Below, one piece after another: positions 46,555-57,748 of a stretch of 64,000 nt of DNA. The position numbers and the translations under genes were made by a program. Origin of the DNA: Candidatus Liptonbacteria bacterium (GTDB taxonomy: Bacteria > Patescibacteriota > Minisyncoccia > UBA6257 > 2-01-FULL-56-20). The notes beneath the pieces are model-generated. The model worked only from the letters and a program-made list of their open reading frames with translations, ran no database searches and was not told where the DNA came from. The stretch spans positions 194,649 through 258,648 of the forward strand of contig VGJV01000001.1 of the NCBI GenBank assembly GCA_016867315.1, in the 5' to 3' direction. Every line of letters begins with the position of its first letter. The stretch's first letter is position 1.

Positions 46555-49194
46555 ATGCCTCACTTTCATCGATTTACTATAAAAGCCCAGGAGGCGTTAC
46601 AGAACGCCCAGGAGCTGGCGGGGAGAAAGAATCATGGAGAATTAAAAGTACTCCATCTTTTAGCATCTTTGCTCGAGGATCAGTCGTCGCTTGTGGTGCC
46701 GGTGCTTACGCGATTGGGAGTCAATCTCGAAAAACTTCAGGAGCAAATTGATCTGGAGCTTGATAGGATTCCCAAAATTGTGGGAAATTCCAATGTTGGC
46801 CAGCTCTATCTTTCGCATGAAATTATGAGGGTGCTTGATCAGGCCGCCAAAGTAGCTGCGCAGCAGAAGGATGAGTTTGTCTCCTGCGAGCATCTTCTCC
46901 TTGCAATTCTTGATGTGCCGGCAGCGGCGAAATCGGTGTTGGAGCAGTTCGGGGTACGGCGGGAGGCGGCGTTTCGTATCCTCGCGCAGCTTCGCGGTTC
47001 TGTGCGTGTGACGGATGAAACCCCCGAGAGTAAATTTCAGGTACTCGAGAAGTATGCGATCAATCTTACTGAGAAAGCTCGGGCGGGGGAGCTCGATCCA
47101 GTGATCGGCCGGGAAGAAGAATTGCGCCGTGTTATGCAGGTGCTGTCGCGGCGTACAAAAAATAACCCCGTGCTTATCGGAGAACCCGGCGTAGGCAAGA
47201 CCGCAATTGTAGAAGGCTTGGCTCAGCAGATTGTGCATGGGGATGTACCCGAGCCTTTGAAGGGCAAAGAAATTCTTATGTTGGATCTTGGTGCGCTCAT
47301 CGCCGGGACGAAATTCCGTGGAGAATTTGAAGACCGGCTCAAAGCTTTTATGAAAGAAATCAAGAATGCGAGCGGGAAACTCATCCTTTTCATAGATGAA
47401 ATTCATGCGATTGTAGGCGCAGGAGCGGCAGAAGGAGCGGTGGATGCGTCGAACCTCTTAAAGCCAGCGCTTGCGCGAGGGGAACTGCATGCGATAGGAG
47501 CTACTACTATCCGAGAATACCAACGGTATATCGAGAAAGATCCTGCGCTTGAGCGGCGATTCCAGCCTATCATTGTGGAGGAGCCTTCACTCGAAGATAG
47601 TGTTGCAATTCTCCGCGGGCTTAAAGAGAAATACGAGATGCATCACGGACTGCGTATCAGCGATGAGGCAATCGTCGAGGCGGTGCAACTTTCTTCACGT
47701 TATATTACGGATCGATTTCTGCCGGATAAGGCCGTAGATTTGATAGATGAGGCGGCAGCGGCACGGCGATTAGAATCGGAGAGTCTGCCGAAAGAGATTG
47801 ATTCGGTTCGGAGAGAAATTACGCGGCTTGAAGTAGAGCGGCAGGCTTTGACGCGCGAGGAGAAAAATCCCGTTCGCCTAAAAGAAATAGACTCCGCACT
47901 CAAAAATCTTAAGGATAAGAACGATGAGCTTTCGGCGCGATGGCACACCGAGAAAATAAAGTTTGAAACTTTGCACGAATTACGCCGAAAGATCGATACA
48001 TTGCGGCGTGAGGCAGAAGTAGCGGAGCGAGAGGGGAATTTGGAGCGCGTGGCTCAAATTATTTATGGCGAGCTACCTCAGGCGGAAAAGGACTATTCTT
48101 TATTTGAGAAAAAGCATTTTAGCGGGATAAAGCGTCGAAAAAAACTCGAGGGCCCTGAGGAGCGTTTTCTTAAGGAGGCAGTCGATAAGGAAGATGTGGC
48201 TGCGGTAGTATCGGTGTGGACTGGGATTCCCATCACCCGCATGCTTGAATCCGAAAGTACAAAACTCACCAAAATCGAAGATTCCCTTCGGGAGAGAGTA
48301 GTGGGACAAACTGAAGCAATTGAGGCGGTGGCGAATGCCTTACGCCGTGCGCGCGCGGGGCTTTCGGATGTTCACCGGCCATTGGGGTCTTTCATGTTTC
48401 TGGGGCCTACGGGGGTAGGGAAGACCGAGCTTGCTCGGGCTTTGGCGGAGTTTATGTTTAACGACGAGAAAGCTTTGGTACGAATTGATATGTCGGAATA
48501 TATGGAGCGGCATGCAGTGAGCCGGCTTATCGGATCGCCTCCCGGGTATGTGGGACATGAGGAAGGGGGGCAACTTACTGAGATTCTTCGCCATCGGCCT
48601 TACAGCCTCATCCTTTTTGACGAAATAGAAAAGGCTCATCCGGAGGTATTCAACCTTTTGCTTCAGATTTTGGACAACGGGAGGCTGACGGATGCCAAGG
48701 GGAAAACGGTGAATTTTAAAAATGCGATCATTATCATGACTTCCAATGTGGGAAGTGAGTATCTCCGCGCGATGTCTTCGCTGGGCTTTTCTGCCGGGAA
48801 AGAGACCCATGTGCAAGAAGAGGGGACCTATAAGGGGAAAGTGCTGGGGGCCCTTCGGGAAAGTTTCCGGCCAGAGTTTTTGAACCGAATCGATGAAATA
48901 ATCATTTTCAATCCTCTTACCAGAGCGGATATAGAACAAATCGTCGATATTCAGATTAGTCTTCTCGAAAAGCGGCTTCAAGAGAATAATATTACTATTA
49001 AGGTAGACGCTGCGGCGCGAGAATATCTTTCCCGAGAGGGATTTAGTGCGGAGTTCGGCGCGCGACCTTTAAAGCGGTTACTCCAAAAAGTGATTCTCGA
49101 TAAGTTGGCAGATAAGATTATTCGAGGCGAGATTAAAGATGGAGATAAAGTTAAAGTCCACTTTAAGTCAAATTCCTTGGTGGTTGGCGTGTAA
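46555..49194 (+). CDS. clpB: ATP-dependent chaperone ClpB
   Basis: Two AAA domains ([16 protein letters not shown]) with a long middle coiled coil. Confidence 0.93.
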   Translation: MPHFHRFTIKAQEALQNAQELAGRKNHGELKVLHLLASLLEDQSSLVVPVLTRLGVNLEKLQEQIDLELDRIPKIVGNSNVGQLYLSHEIMRVLDQAAKVAAQQKDEFVSCEHLLLAILDVPAAAKSVLEQFGVRREAAFRILAQLRGSVRVTDETPESKFQVLEKYAINLTEKARAGELDPVIGREEELRRVMQVLSRRTKNNPVLIGEPGVGKTAIVEGLAQQIVHGDVPEPLKGKEILMLDLGALIAGTKFRGEFEDRLKAFMKEIKNASGKLILFIDEIHAIVGAGAAEGAVDASNLLKPALARGELHAIGATTIREYQRYIEKDPALERRFQPIIVEEPSLEDSVAILRGLKEKYEMHHGLRISDEAIVEAVQLSSRYITDRFLPDKAVDLIDEAAAARRLESESLPKEIDSVRREITRLEVERQALTREEKNPVRLKEIDSALKNLKDKNDELSARWHTEKIKFETLHELRRKIDTLRREAEVAEREGNLERVAQIIYGELPQAEKDYSLFEKKHFSGIKRRKKLEGPEERFLKEAVDKEDVAAVVSVWTGIPITRMLESESTKLTKIEDSLRERVVGQTEAIEAVANALRRARAGLSDVHRPLGSFMFLGPTGVGKTELARALAEFMFNDEKALVRIDMSEYMERHAVSRLIGSPPGYVGHEEGGQLTEILRHRPYSLILFDEIEKAHPEVFNLLLQILDNGRLTDAKGKTVNFKNAIIIMTSNVGSEYLRAMSSLGFSAGKETHVQEEGTYKGKVLGALRESFRPEFLNRIDEIIIFNPLTRADIEQIVDIQISLLEKRLQENNITIKVDAAAREYLSREGFSAEFGARPLKRLLQKVILDKLADKIIRGEIKDGDKVKVHFKSNSLVVGV

Positions 49195-49867
49195 GGCGAT
49201 TTTTATCGCGCTTTCTTGGTTTATCTTCCCTTTTTGGCTATTTTTTTTAGTCGCTAATTATTTTTATTGGCTTCCTTTTTTTGCAGCAGGAGTATTTTTA
49301 GTTCCCTTTGTGCTTACTCTTTTGCTTTCAGCTGTAGGGGAGCCTACGGGTTGGCTTTTGGCGGGCATAGGGAGTCTTTTTTTCCTGATACTTGGAGCTA
49401 AAGAGCTCGCCTTTATTCATCGCGCTCGGGTATACGAAGTGCTTTCAGTGGTGCTTCTTTTTTTGGGGTGTCTTCAGATTGCTTCTTTTATCCAAGGGAA
49501 GGACCAGATTGGATTACCATTCATATATCTTGCCGTGGCATTCATATTTTTCTTGCTTCGGGACAGCGCTTTCCGGTATGAGAGATCTCACCGGGGAGAT
49601 GCGGCGATACCTCAATTTCCTGGAAAGCAGCAGTTTCTGGAAAGTGCACTTCCCGCATTTCTTTTTTTTGGATACGGAAGTATTGTGAGCGGATTTCCTT
49701 TGGAAGTCTTACCCAAAAGCGCAGTACTTTTTGCAGGGGCTATCGCTTTTTTCTTCCTTACGCCTTTTGAGGGTCATCAACTTCCACTTGAAAAACTCGG
49801 GCGTTATTTGGGGATACTTACTGCAGCGATTATAATCATCTTTATTACTTCAAGTTGGACTCTTTAG
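49139..49867 (+). CDS. hypothetical multi-TM protein
   Basis: About 7 hydrophobic helices; true start uncertain. Confidence 0.65.
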   Translation: MEIKLKSTLSQIPWWLACKAIFIALSWFIFPFWLFFLVANYFYWLPFFAAGVFLVPFVLTLLLSAVGEPTGWLLAGIGSLFFLILGAKELAFIHRARVYEVLSVVLLFLGCLQIASFIQGKDQIGLPFIYLAVAFIFFLLRDSAFRYERSHRGDAAIPQFPGKQQFLESALPAFLFFGYGSIVSGFPLEVLPKSAVLFAGAIAFFFLTPFEGHQLPLEKLGRYLGILTAAIIIIFITSSWTL

Positions 49868-49912
49868 ACCTTCTCATTGTTTCTTCAGTTTGAACCTCGT
49901 ATTCTTGTATCT

Positions 49913-50677
49913 ATGAAAGCTATTATACTTGCGGCGGGTTATGCTACGCGGCTTTATCCGCTTACTCTCTCTCAGCCCAAACCTTTACTTTCCATTGCGG
50001 GTAGGCCAATGATTGATTATACGCTCGATTCTTTGCGGGAAATGAAGGGGTTAGACGGAGTAGTAGTGGTTTCTAACGCCAAGTTTGTGGCGAATTTTCA
50101 AGAATGGGCTGCGGTTAAGAAAAAAGAAGGATTTCCTTTTGCTATTTCTATCTTGAATGATGGATCTACCGAAGATGCAAATAAAAAAGGGGCAATTGGA
50201 GATCTTTTTTTTGCCTTGGAGCAAGCCCAAATCAATGATGATCTGATAGTAATTGCCGGAGATAACCTTTTTACGGAGAGTGTCGGAGCGTTTGCGGAAT
50301 TTGCCCGTACTCGGAAAACACCAGTCCTTGCCGTTTATGATGTGAAGAGTCTGGAGGCGGCAAAGAAATTTAGCGTGTTTACTTTAGCTTCCGATGGGCA
50401 CATTGTGGATTTTGAAGAAAAGCCCCAAGCTCCCAAAAGTACGCTTATAGGAATTGCCCTTTACTATTACCCCCAAGAAACCTTAGCGCTCATTCGGCAA
50501 TATGTGGCGGAGGGGAACAATCCGGATCAGCCCGGGAGACTTATTCAGTGGCTTTACCCCAAAGTTTCAGTTTATACGTGGGCGGTGCCGGGTGTGTGGT
50601 ATGACATTGGGTCCAAGGAGACTTTGGAGGAAGCTGAAAAGACGTTTTCGGCAGTTCCTCGAGTAAAGCCTGCTTAG
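49913..50677 (+). CDS. sugar-phosphate nucleotidyltransferase
   Basis: AIILAAGYATRLYPLT..PKPLL, IAGDN, EEKP, WYDIGS. Confidence 0.9.
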   Translation: MKAIILAAGYATRLYPLTLSQPKPLLSIAGRPMIDYTLDSLREMKGLDGVVVVSNAKFVANFQEWAAVKKKEGFPFAISILNDGSTEDANKKGAIGDLFFALEQAQINDDLIVIAGDNLFTESVGAFAEFARTRKTPVLAVYDVKSLEAAKKFSVFTLASDGHIVDFEEKPQAPKSTLIGIALYYYPQETLALIRQYVAEGNNPDQPGRLIQWLYPKVSVYTWAVPGVWYDIGSKETLEEAEKTFSAVPRVKPA

Positions 50678-50720
50678 CTCGGTTGACAAAGAAATTGCCG
50701 AAGAATATATTTTCGGCAAT

Positions 50721-51410
50721 ATGCGAGAAGAAGAAGCAGCCAAAGTGGTTGCCAAAAAATCTTATGAGGTGAGCTACGCTCTTTGCCGGGTAGCTTCCAG
50801 AGTTAAGCCTTCTATTTCGGCAAAGCTGGAGGAATGCGCTTTCTCTATTATAGAGTCGGCAAGTGCTTTAAATATTGCCGGAATAAGGAACTCTCTTAAT
50901 CTGGCAAAAAACTATGTTCGTATTGGAGCAGATTCCAATCTTTTGCATAAATCCAACGCAGATTTACTTCTCAGTGAAATTCTGAGGTTTGATTCTGTAT
51001 TGTCGACTTTAGAGGCCTTAAACTTTTCCGCCAAAGCAAATTTAGGCGGTGTATTTTCTTCTTCCCCTAGCCCTGCTCCTGAGCCTACCTATAAAAGAAA
51101 GGAATCTTCCTTATCTACGGAAAAAAAAGAGGAATCACCTAACGAATCGGAAAGACACAGTGCCGGAGAGCGGCAATCGGCAATACTTGGTTTTGTTGGA
51201 AAGACCGGCAATTGCCGGATGAAAGATTTGATGGAACAATTCCCTTCTACGAGTGAGCGAACGTTACGCTATGATCTTCAGGGTCTTGTAGAGCAAGGGG
51301 CTTTGGAGCGTGTGGGGGAGGGAGGACCCGGTACTTTTTATAGGCTTAAATCCCCCAGTATTCCGCTTTCCAGTGGATCGGACAATACCACTCCGCTTTT
51401 GGGAGAGTAA
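50721..51410 (+). CDS. hypothetical protein with C-terminal DeoR-type winged HTH
   Basis: ERQSAIL...SERTLRYDLQGLVEQG. Confidence 0.75.
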   Translation: MREEEAAKVVAKKSYEVSYALCRVASRVKPSISAKLEECAFSIIESASALNIAGIRNSLNLAKNYVRIGADSNLLHKSNADLLLSEILRFDSVLSTLEALNFSAKANLGGVFSSSPSPAPEPTYKRKESSLSTEKKEESPNESERHSAGERQSAILGFVGKTGNCRMKDLMEQFPSTSERTLRYDLQGLVEQGALERVGEGGPGTFYRLKSPSIPLSSGSDNTTPLLGE

Positions 51411-51451
51411 CCTTTAAAAAAGGCCTTCGTTTTAAAGAATAGCTGCAGCTA

Positions 51452-51888
51452 TTGGCCTTTGGGCAAAGTTGTGGTAAGGTAGTAGCACGTTGGTTCAGGT
51501 TCTGGCCCTTTATTTATGGGGGTTCAGGACGTGAGGCTGAACCAGATAAGGATTGGGGGGAAGAAGCGTTTGGGGCGGTTTTAGGCGCCCATTACTTCTT
51601 GTATCCATATCCTTTCCACGTTTCAGCCTCGCTCGCAAGCGAGTTTTTTTATTTTAGTAAACGTAAGTTCTCTCGCGGTCACTCCTATCCACTCAACCTC
51701 ACGGGTGGAGAGGGTCGAAGTGATCGATAGGGAGCTTTCCCGAGTTCGAAAGGTCGACGGCCTCAATATCCAATCAGTACACACTTAGAATAATTTGGTC
51801 GATAACTTAATTTACCTCTAAGTGGGTTACTTTTGGTAATTGGTCGATAAAACAAGAAACGAAAGTCGAAATAAAAGTAATTATCTAA
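51452..51888 (+). promoter_or_regulatory. promoter and about 400-nt structured leader with internal terminator
   Basis: TTGGCC-17-TAAGGT; competing stems; CTCGCT-CGCA-AGCGAG-T7 at 51628-51650. Confidence 0.55.
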
Positions 51889-54800
51889 ATGAGTACATTC
51901 GGTAAGAAGTTTGTTTCAGTAGCGCTTATGGCGACCGTAGCAGTATGGGCGTCAGGAGCGCTTCTTTTTGTGCCGGTGGCAAATGCACAATCTTCGGCTG
52001 ATCTTCAGGCGCAGATTGCAGCGCTTTTGGCACAAATCGCCCAACTTCAAGCCCAGCTCAACACTGGTTCGAGTGTTTCTGCTCCTTCCACCACGTTTAC
52101 CCGCGACCTCACCGTGGGAAGCACTGGTGCGGACGTAAAAGCGCTCCAACAGTGGTTGAATGCTAACGGCTACAGAATTGCGGCGAGCGGAGCTGGGTCC
52201 CCTGGAAATGAAACCACCTACTTCGGGCCTGCCACGAAAGCGGCAGTAGCGAAGTATCAAGCTGCAAAAGGCATTTCGCCCGCTGCAGGGTCTTTCGGTC
52301 CTAAGACTCGAGCTTCTCTTTCGGCAGTAGCGGGAACTCCGTCGACGCCAAGCACGCCGTCGACTCCTTCTACTCCTTCAACGCCAGCGCCTGCGTCGGG
52401 ACTTATGGTGAGCTTGTCTCCCTCTAGCCCGGCTGCGGGATCCTTGATCTCGTCTTCGAACAGTGCAGCGGCTCGCGTCCCTGTGCTTGCAGTGAATCTC
52501 ACGGCCGGCACGGCGAGCGGTGTGACTGTTACGGGACTTAAATTCAAGAAAACTGGCGTGCTCTCGGACAGCTCTATTTCCGGAGCTTACATCGAAGAGA
52601 ACGGCAAAGTATTGGCTCAATACACCTCGATCTCGGGTGGCGTAATCAGCTTCCCTGGATTGGCGATTAACCTCGCTGCGGGGCAGACCAAGACTTTGAC
52701 CCTTTCGATTGACCCGGCTCAGGGTTTGTCTGCGGGTAACACCGTGGGATTTGCTATGACGATGGCTTCGGACGTAACGGCTGTTGACGCCACTGGCTCA
52801 GCAGTAACTCCGTCCGGCAGCTTCCCGGTTAATGGCAACACCTTCACGGTAACCTCCGTTTCGAATCCCTCGATCGCGACTCTTACGATAGCGTCGAGCT
52901 CGATCGGAACGACGGTATACGCTGGCACCAAAAATGTCATCGTAGGTGCCTGGAGCTTCACTGGCGCGAACAGCAAAGTGTGGCTCAAGGGACTCAACTT
53001 CAAGGTTATTGGATCGGCGTCTAAAACCGATATCCAAAACGTGAAGCTTTACGTGAATGGTTCGCAGGTAGGCTCTACCCTTCCCTCGGTATCGGCGGAT
53101 GGGACGGCGTACTTCGACCTCACGGTGGCTCCGGCTACCTTGAACACGGGCGCGAACAACGTCCAAGTCTACGCGGACGTAATGGGATCTCCGAACTTCA
53201 CGTTCCAATTTGAGATCTTGAACGCGTACGACGTATTGGCGGTAGACTCGCAGTACAATGTGCCGATCACGGCGGTTTCGAACACTGGAACCCAGGTTAC
53301 GATCAACGCCGGAACGGTAACGGTAACTGCAGCTTCCGACACTCCGACGGGTAACATCGCGAAAGGGCAGACGAACGTCACCCTCGCGAAGTTCAGCGTG
53401 TACGCGGCGGGTGAACCTGTAAAAGTAAAGTGGCTCACCTTCCAGTTGGCGTTTACGGGCAACCAATCCGCTACGTCCACCATTGACACGTACATCAAGA
53501 ACGTGCACTTGGATGACGACGCGGGAGGCCAAGTGGGATCTACGATCACCTCTTTGGCTACGTCCGTAACCTGTACGGATGCGACGTATTCCGCAGCAAC
53601 CTCGACGGCTACGAACTGTTTCGGATCGTCTGGTTCTCCCATCAACTACATCATTCCGGCGAACACCACTCGGGTGCTCTCGCTCAAGGGTGATATCCAG
53701 AACAATGCGGGAACTGACTTCGGAACGATCAAGGCTTCGCTCGTTGCCGGATCGAGCAGCAACGTGCAGGGTATGATTTCCAGTGCGACTGCAAACACCG
53801 GAGCGGCTTCGGGAAGCGCATTGAGCTTGTCCTCGAGCGCCCTCACGGTGGCTCAGAACACTGGGGTAGGAACGCAGACGGTTTCGAAGGGAGCTGCGAA
53901 CGTACGAATCGGTTCGTACGCATTCACTGCTTCTTCGGCTGAAGGTGTTACCGTATCTAACCTTACCGTTACTATGGGAGCGGCTGGTTCCGACTTCCAG
54001 AACTTGAAGGTGAAGATTGGCAATAGCCAATTCGGCTCGACGCAAGCCACGCTTGCGAACAGCGGCGCTTACTCGTACTCGGGAACGCCGTTTACCGTGC
54101 CTGCGGGTGGAACGACCTACGTGGATGTGTACGCCGACGTACTTTCTTCGGCGAGCGCTGCCACGAAGGCCACTATCACCACTCTTAGCGGTTGTTCCGG
54201 TTCAGGAGCGACGTCTCTCACGGCTATCTCCTGTACTTCCACGAGCGGACAAAGCGTAGTCGTAGCGGGTCAGTCCACTGTGACTGTCGCGCTTGACAAT
54301 GCGCTTTCGCCTGCGGCTGGACAGATCGTGATGGGCTCCACTGGAGTATCCCTCGCGGCCTGGAGGCTCACGGAGACCACCAACATTGAAGCCATTAAGA
54401 TCACCGATCTTAACATCTTCCAACAGGTGGCTTCGTCGACGACTGTAAAAGCCGGGTTCTCGAACCTCAAGCTTTACAAGTCGACGGATTTGACGACCCC
54501 GCTTGCGACCGGAGGAGTAGCGAACACTTCGATCGCTACCTCGACGCCGGGTATGGGATACTACTACAAGTTCAACTTTGGAACGCCCGTAGTAGTACCG
54601 CAATCCGGATCGGTAACGCTCGTCTTGAAGGGAGACGTTTCGTCCTACATCTCTTCGGGTGCTACGGACAACACGACTCACGTCTTCAAGATCGCGACTT
54701 CGACGGACACTGCGAACGACTCGTTGCCTGAAACTATCGTGGCGCTGGGTTCGACCTCGAACAACAGTTCCTCGATAACCTTGAGCTCCCCGAACGGAAA

Positions 54801-55353
54801 CACCTTGACGGTGCTCCGCTCGAAACTCACGGTAACGGCAGCGGGTTTGGGCAGCGCTTCGAATCGTAACAAGACCAACCCAGATGACTTGGGTACCATT
54901 ACCTTTACTGCGGACAGTGCAGGAGCGACTGCGCTTAACACTGTAATCGTGACCTTCAGCGGCACGGCGCCTTCTATCTCCACCTTCTTGGATGGAGTGG
55001 ATCTCCTTGACGCGAACGGTGTATCGGTAACGAACACCTCAGGTGTATCTGTGGCTACGTCTTCGCAATGTACGGGAACCAACACCTGTACGAAGACTTG
55101 GAGCCTTGGAGCGACCACCAACGGCTGGCAGATTTCGGCTGGCAACTCGTACACCTTCAAGTTACGGGTTGACTCCACGAAGACTCTGGCTGGGGCGGCA
55201 AACGTAACGCAGACTTTGACGGCTCGAATCAACGCGACCACGGATGTTGCGTACACTGACGGACTTGACTCCGCAGCGAACAGCAACATTAACCTTCCGT
55301 CGAACGTGGTTCCGATTCCGATCAACTCCATCTCGTTCGCTTCCGGATCCTAG
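51889..55353 (+). CDS. large Ser/Thr-rich S-layer-like protein with peptidoglycan-binding domain
   Basis: Signal peptide, LQAQIAALLAQI coil, FTRDLTVGSTGADVKALQQWLN...FGPKTRA PG-binding domain, repeated beta-sandwich units. Confidence 0.85.
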   Translation: MSTFGKKFVSVALMATVAVWASGALLFVPVANAQSSADLQAQIAALLAQIAQLQAQLNTGSSVSAPSTTFTRDLTVGSTGADVKALQQWLNANGYRIAASGAGSPGNETTYFGPATKAAVAKYQAAKGISPAAGSFGPKTRASLSAVAGTPSTPSTPSTPSTPSTPAPASGLMVSLSPSSPAAGSLISSSNSAAARVPVLAVNLTAGTASGVTVTGLKFKKTGVLSDSSISGAYIEENGKVLAQYTSISGGVISFPGLAINLAAGQTKTLTLSIDPAQGLSAGNTVGFAMTMASDVTAVDATGSAVTPSGSFPVNGNTFTVTSVSNPSIATLTIASSSIGTTVYAGTKNVIVGAWSFTGANSKVWLKGLNFKVIGSASKTDIQNVKLYVNGSQVGSTLPSVSADGTAYFDLTVAPATLNTGANNVQVYADVMGSPNFTFQFEILNAYDVLAVDSQYNVPITAVSNTGTQVTINAGTVTVTAASDTPTGNIAKGQTNVTLAKFSVYAAGEPVKVKWLTFQLAFTGNQSATSTIDTYIKNVHLDDDAGGQVGSTITSLATSVTCTDATYSAATSTATNCFGSSGSPINYIIPANTTRVLSLKGDIQNNAGTDFGTIKASLVAGSSSNVQGMISSATANTGAASGSALSLSSSALTVAQNTGVGTQTVSKGAANVRIGSYAFTASSAEGVTVSNLTVTMGAAGSDFQNLKVKIGNSQFGSTQATLANSGAYSYSGTPFTVPAGGTTYVDVYADVLSSASAATKATITTLSGCSGSGATSLTAISCTSTSGQSVVVAGQSTVTVALDNALSPAAGQIVMGSTGVSLAAWRLTETTNIEAIKITDLNIFQQVASSTTVKAGFSNLKLYKSTDLTTPLATGGVANTSIATSTPGMGYYYKFNFGTPVVVPQSGSVTLVLKGDVSSYISSGATDNTTHVFKIATSTDTANDSLPETIVALGSTSNNSSSITLSSPNGNTLTVLRSKLTVTAAGLGSASNRNKTNPDDLGTITFTADSAGATALNTVIVTFSGTAPSISTFLDGVDLLDANGVSVTNTSGVSVATSSQCTGTNTCTKTWSLGATTNGWQISAGNSYTFKLRVDSTKTLAGAANVTQTLTARINATTDVAYTDGLDSAANSNINLPSNVVPIPINSISFASGS

Positions 55354-55407
55354 TCTGACTCGAACCAGTTATCCTCCTCTGCTTCGCAGATCGGGATTGA
55401 ACTGGAA

Positions 55408-55437
55408 GAAACCGCCCCTCTTCGGAGGGGCGGTTTT
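55408..55437 (+). terminator. intrinsic terminator
   Basis: AAACCGCCCCTC-TTCG-GAGGGGCGGTTTT. Confidence 0.88.
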
Positions 55438-55501
55438 GTTCCTAGAATCGTATGCTCGAATCATTTTGTTTTATAAGAATTTTTCCGGTAGGATAAACCT
55501 C

Positions 55502-57742
55502 ATGTCTACGAGCGCCTTGCTTCGGGTGGTAAAATCTCTTTTCTACCTTACGGTGGTGGGGGTGCCTCTCTTCTATATTGCGAGGACAGTATACCCCTAC
55601 GGGTTGGCAAAAAGTTTATTTTTCCAGATTGTGGTGGAGCTGCTTTTGGCTGCATGGTTACTTTTGGCATACTATGACAGGCGATTTCGACTTTCTTGGA
55701 CTCCTTTAACTGTGGGATTGGCAGGGTTTGCCGTTTTTTTGCTTCTCACTACTTTTATGGGCGTGGATCCCTGGCGCAGTTTCTGGTCCACTCAGGAACG
55801 AGCCCTTGGAGTTTTCACCATGCTTCATGTTTTGGGATTCGTAGCAGTCACCAGCTCCCTTTTTCGCGTCATACGGCATGAGCCCTTTTTCTATGCCTCG
55901 TTGGGGACGTCCCTTGCTATTTCTCTCCTCGCTTTTCTTCAGCTTTCTATTCCTCACCTCCTTCTTCCCAGCGAGTCTGTGCAGGCGCGGCCAGGAAGTA
56001 CGTTTGGCAATCCTTCGTTCCTCGCCGGGTATCTCACTTTCAACATTTTTCTCGCGCTTTATCTTTTACTCAATTGGATTCGGAAGCGAAGAGAGGGGGA
56101 AGTTTTTTCCCGCTTGGCGCCCTGGTTTTTACTTGTAGTGCTTGCGGCAGATGGATTGGTGTTATTTCTTACGGAAACGCGGGGAGATATTTTGGGAATT
56201 GTTGCGGGTGTTATCCTGCTCCTTATTCTTTTTGCGATCGAACCTCCGCGGATCAAAGGCTTTAGCGAACGACGCCTCTATGTGATTATTTTAGGGGTAT
56301 TAGTTGTGTTAGGGGCATTTTTCTGGATTACTCGGAGCAATTCTTTGTGGGGGAAGGTGCCCGGACTGGGGAGATTTCAAGAAATCTCTCTTCAGGGTGA
56401 ATCTTTAGTTCCGCGGTTGATTGCGCTGGAGGCCGCGTGGAAAGGGTTTAAGGAGAAGCCTTTTTTGGGGTGGGGTTGGGATAATTTTAATATTGTATTT
56501 AATAAATTTTATGACCCTCGGGTGTTGCAGGTTAGCTACCAAGAAACTAGATTTGATAAGCCGCATAACTTTGTTCTCGAGTATCTGGTAGTGGGAGGGG
56601 CTTTGCTTGCTCTCGCCTACCTTTGTGTATTCGCAGCTTTTTTTCTCCAGGCGCGTCGCATTTTCGATAGGCTTTTGGGGAATGTTTTTATTGCAGCGGC
56701 GGGGGCATATATTGTCCGCAATATCTTTATTTTTGAGACGCTGGGCCCTTTGCTCATGTGGGGGCTTTTCTTAGGAGTTATTGATGCTTTATATGTGTCT
56801 CAGAAAAAGGAATTTAGCGTCCCATCCCCGCGAAGCATTTCTTGGGGAGCTCTGGGTTTGGTTTTCCTGCCCGCCGTGCTTCTCTTGTATTTTATAAATA
56901 TTCGGTCCATACAGGCTTCCAATCATCAATTTTGGGGATTTAATTATTTCCTCCATGGGAAGCCCCTCGCGGCAATTCAAAGTTTTAAGAGAGGTTTAGA
57001 GATGTGGAGTCCTTATGGGTGGAACTTGAAACGGGATTATGCGTCGGTAGTAACGGAAGCGTATTTCTATAATCCCGGTCTTATTCCCGACAAGGAGGCG
57101 CGAGAGGCACTACGGGCGATGGAAGAGGCAGTGCAAGAACATCCATTGGATGCTTATTACCACTATGCCTTGGTGGATATGTATAATCAGGTTTCGAATA
57201 TTGACCCTGAAACGCTGCTTCCGGCGGCGGAGCGCGCAGCAGCAACTGCGCTTGTACTCAGTCCGCGGCGACAAGAGGTGTATTTTTCACTCGCCAAGAC
57301 CAAATCTCTTCAGGGAGACAACGAGGCGGCCTTGCAATTGCTTAAAGAAGCCCTTTCCTTTGATCCTAAGGTAGCAGATGCGCACTTTTATTACGGACTA
57401 GTCGCGTACGCTCTCAAAGATCATGAAACCGGGTATCGGGAGATACAAGAGGCTTTGAGCATGGGTAGGAAATGGAAAAAGTATCATGAGCCGCGCGTAG
57501 TCGGAAACTTTTTCGCGGATTCAGGACATCTCGATGAGGCAATCTCTTTATTTGAAACGGCAATTGCCATGGAGCCGAATGACTTAGAGGCGCGAACAAA
57601 ACTTGGAGTGGCTTACTTTATTAAAGGGGAGAAAGGGAAAGCTAAAGAACAGCTAGAAATCGTGAGTAAGCAGTTCGATTTTCGCACAAGCCCCTCCTAT
57701 GCCTCCATGAAGCCAATATTGGAGGCGTTAGGGATACGGTAG
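55502..57742 (+). CDS. O-antigen ligase/oligosaccharyltransferase-like membrane protein with TPR tail
   Basis: STFGNPSFLAGYL, TETRG, KPFLGWGWDNF, DKPHN, C-terminal TPRs. Confidence 0.88.
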   Translation: MSTSALLRVVKSLFYLTVVGVPLFYIARTVYPYGLAKSLFFQIVVELLLAAWLLLAYYDRRFRLSWTPLTVGLAGFAVFLLLTTFMGVDPWRSFWSTQERALGVFTMLHVLGFVAVTSSLFRVIRHEPFFYASLGTSLAISLLAFLQLSIPHLLLPSESVQARPGSTFGNPSFLAGYLTFNIFLALYLLLNWIRKRREGEVFSRLAPWFLLVVLAADGLVLFLTETRGDILGIVAGVILLLILFAIEPPRIKGFSERRLYVIILGVLVVLGAFFWITRSNSLWGKVPGLGRFQEISLQGESLVPRLIALEAAWKGFKEKPFLGWGWDNFNIVFNKFYDPRVLQVSYQETRFDKPHNFVLEYLVVGGALLALAYLCVFAAFFLQARRIFDRLLGNVFIAAAGAYIVRNIFIFETLGPLLMWGLFLGVIDALYVSQKKEFSVPSPRSISWGALGLVFLPAVLLLYFINIRSIQASNHQFWGFNYFLHGKPLAAIQSFKRGLEMWSPYGWNLKRDYASVVTEAYFYNPGLIPDKEAREALRAMEEAVQEHPLDAYYHYALVDMYNQVSNIDPETLLPAAERAAATALVLSPRRQEVYFSLAKTKSLQGDNEAALQLLKEALSFDPKVADAHFYYGLVAYALKDHETGYREIQEALSMGRKWKKYHEPRVVGNFFADSGHLDEAISLFETAIAMEPNDLEARTKLGVAYFIKGEKGKAKEQLEIVSKQFDFRTSPSYASMKPILEALGIR

Positions 57743-57748
57743 TTCCTC

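Noticed and set aside
52335-52392. 9-bp tandem repeat encoding (TPS)n
   Set aside because: Codons vary between units; this is an ordinary protein-level flexible linker.
52798-55331. Long antisense ORFs (415 aa, 217 aa and others) inside the S-layer-like gene
   Set aside because: Expected by-product of strong codon bias in a Ser/Thr/Gly-rich gene; no recognisable motifs.
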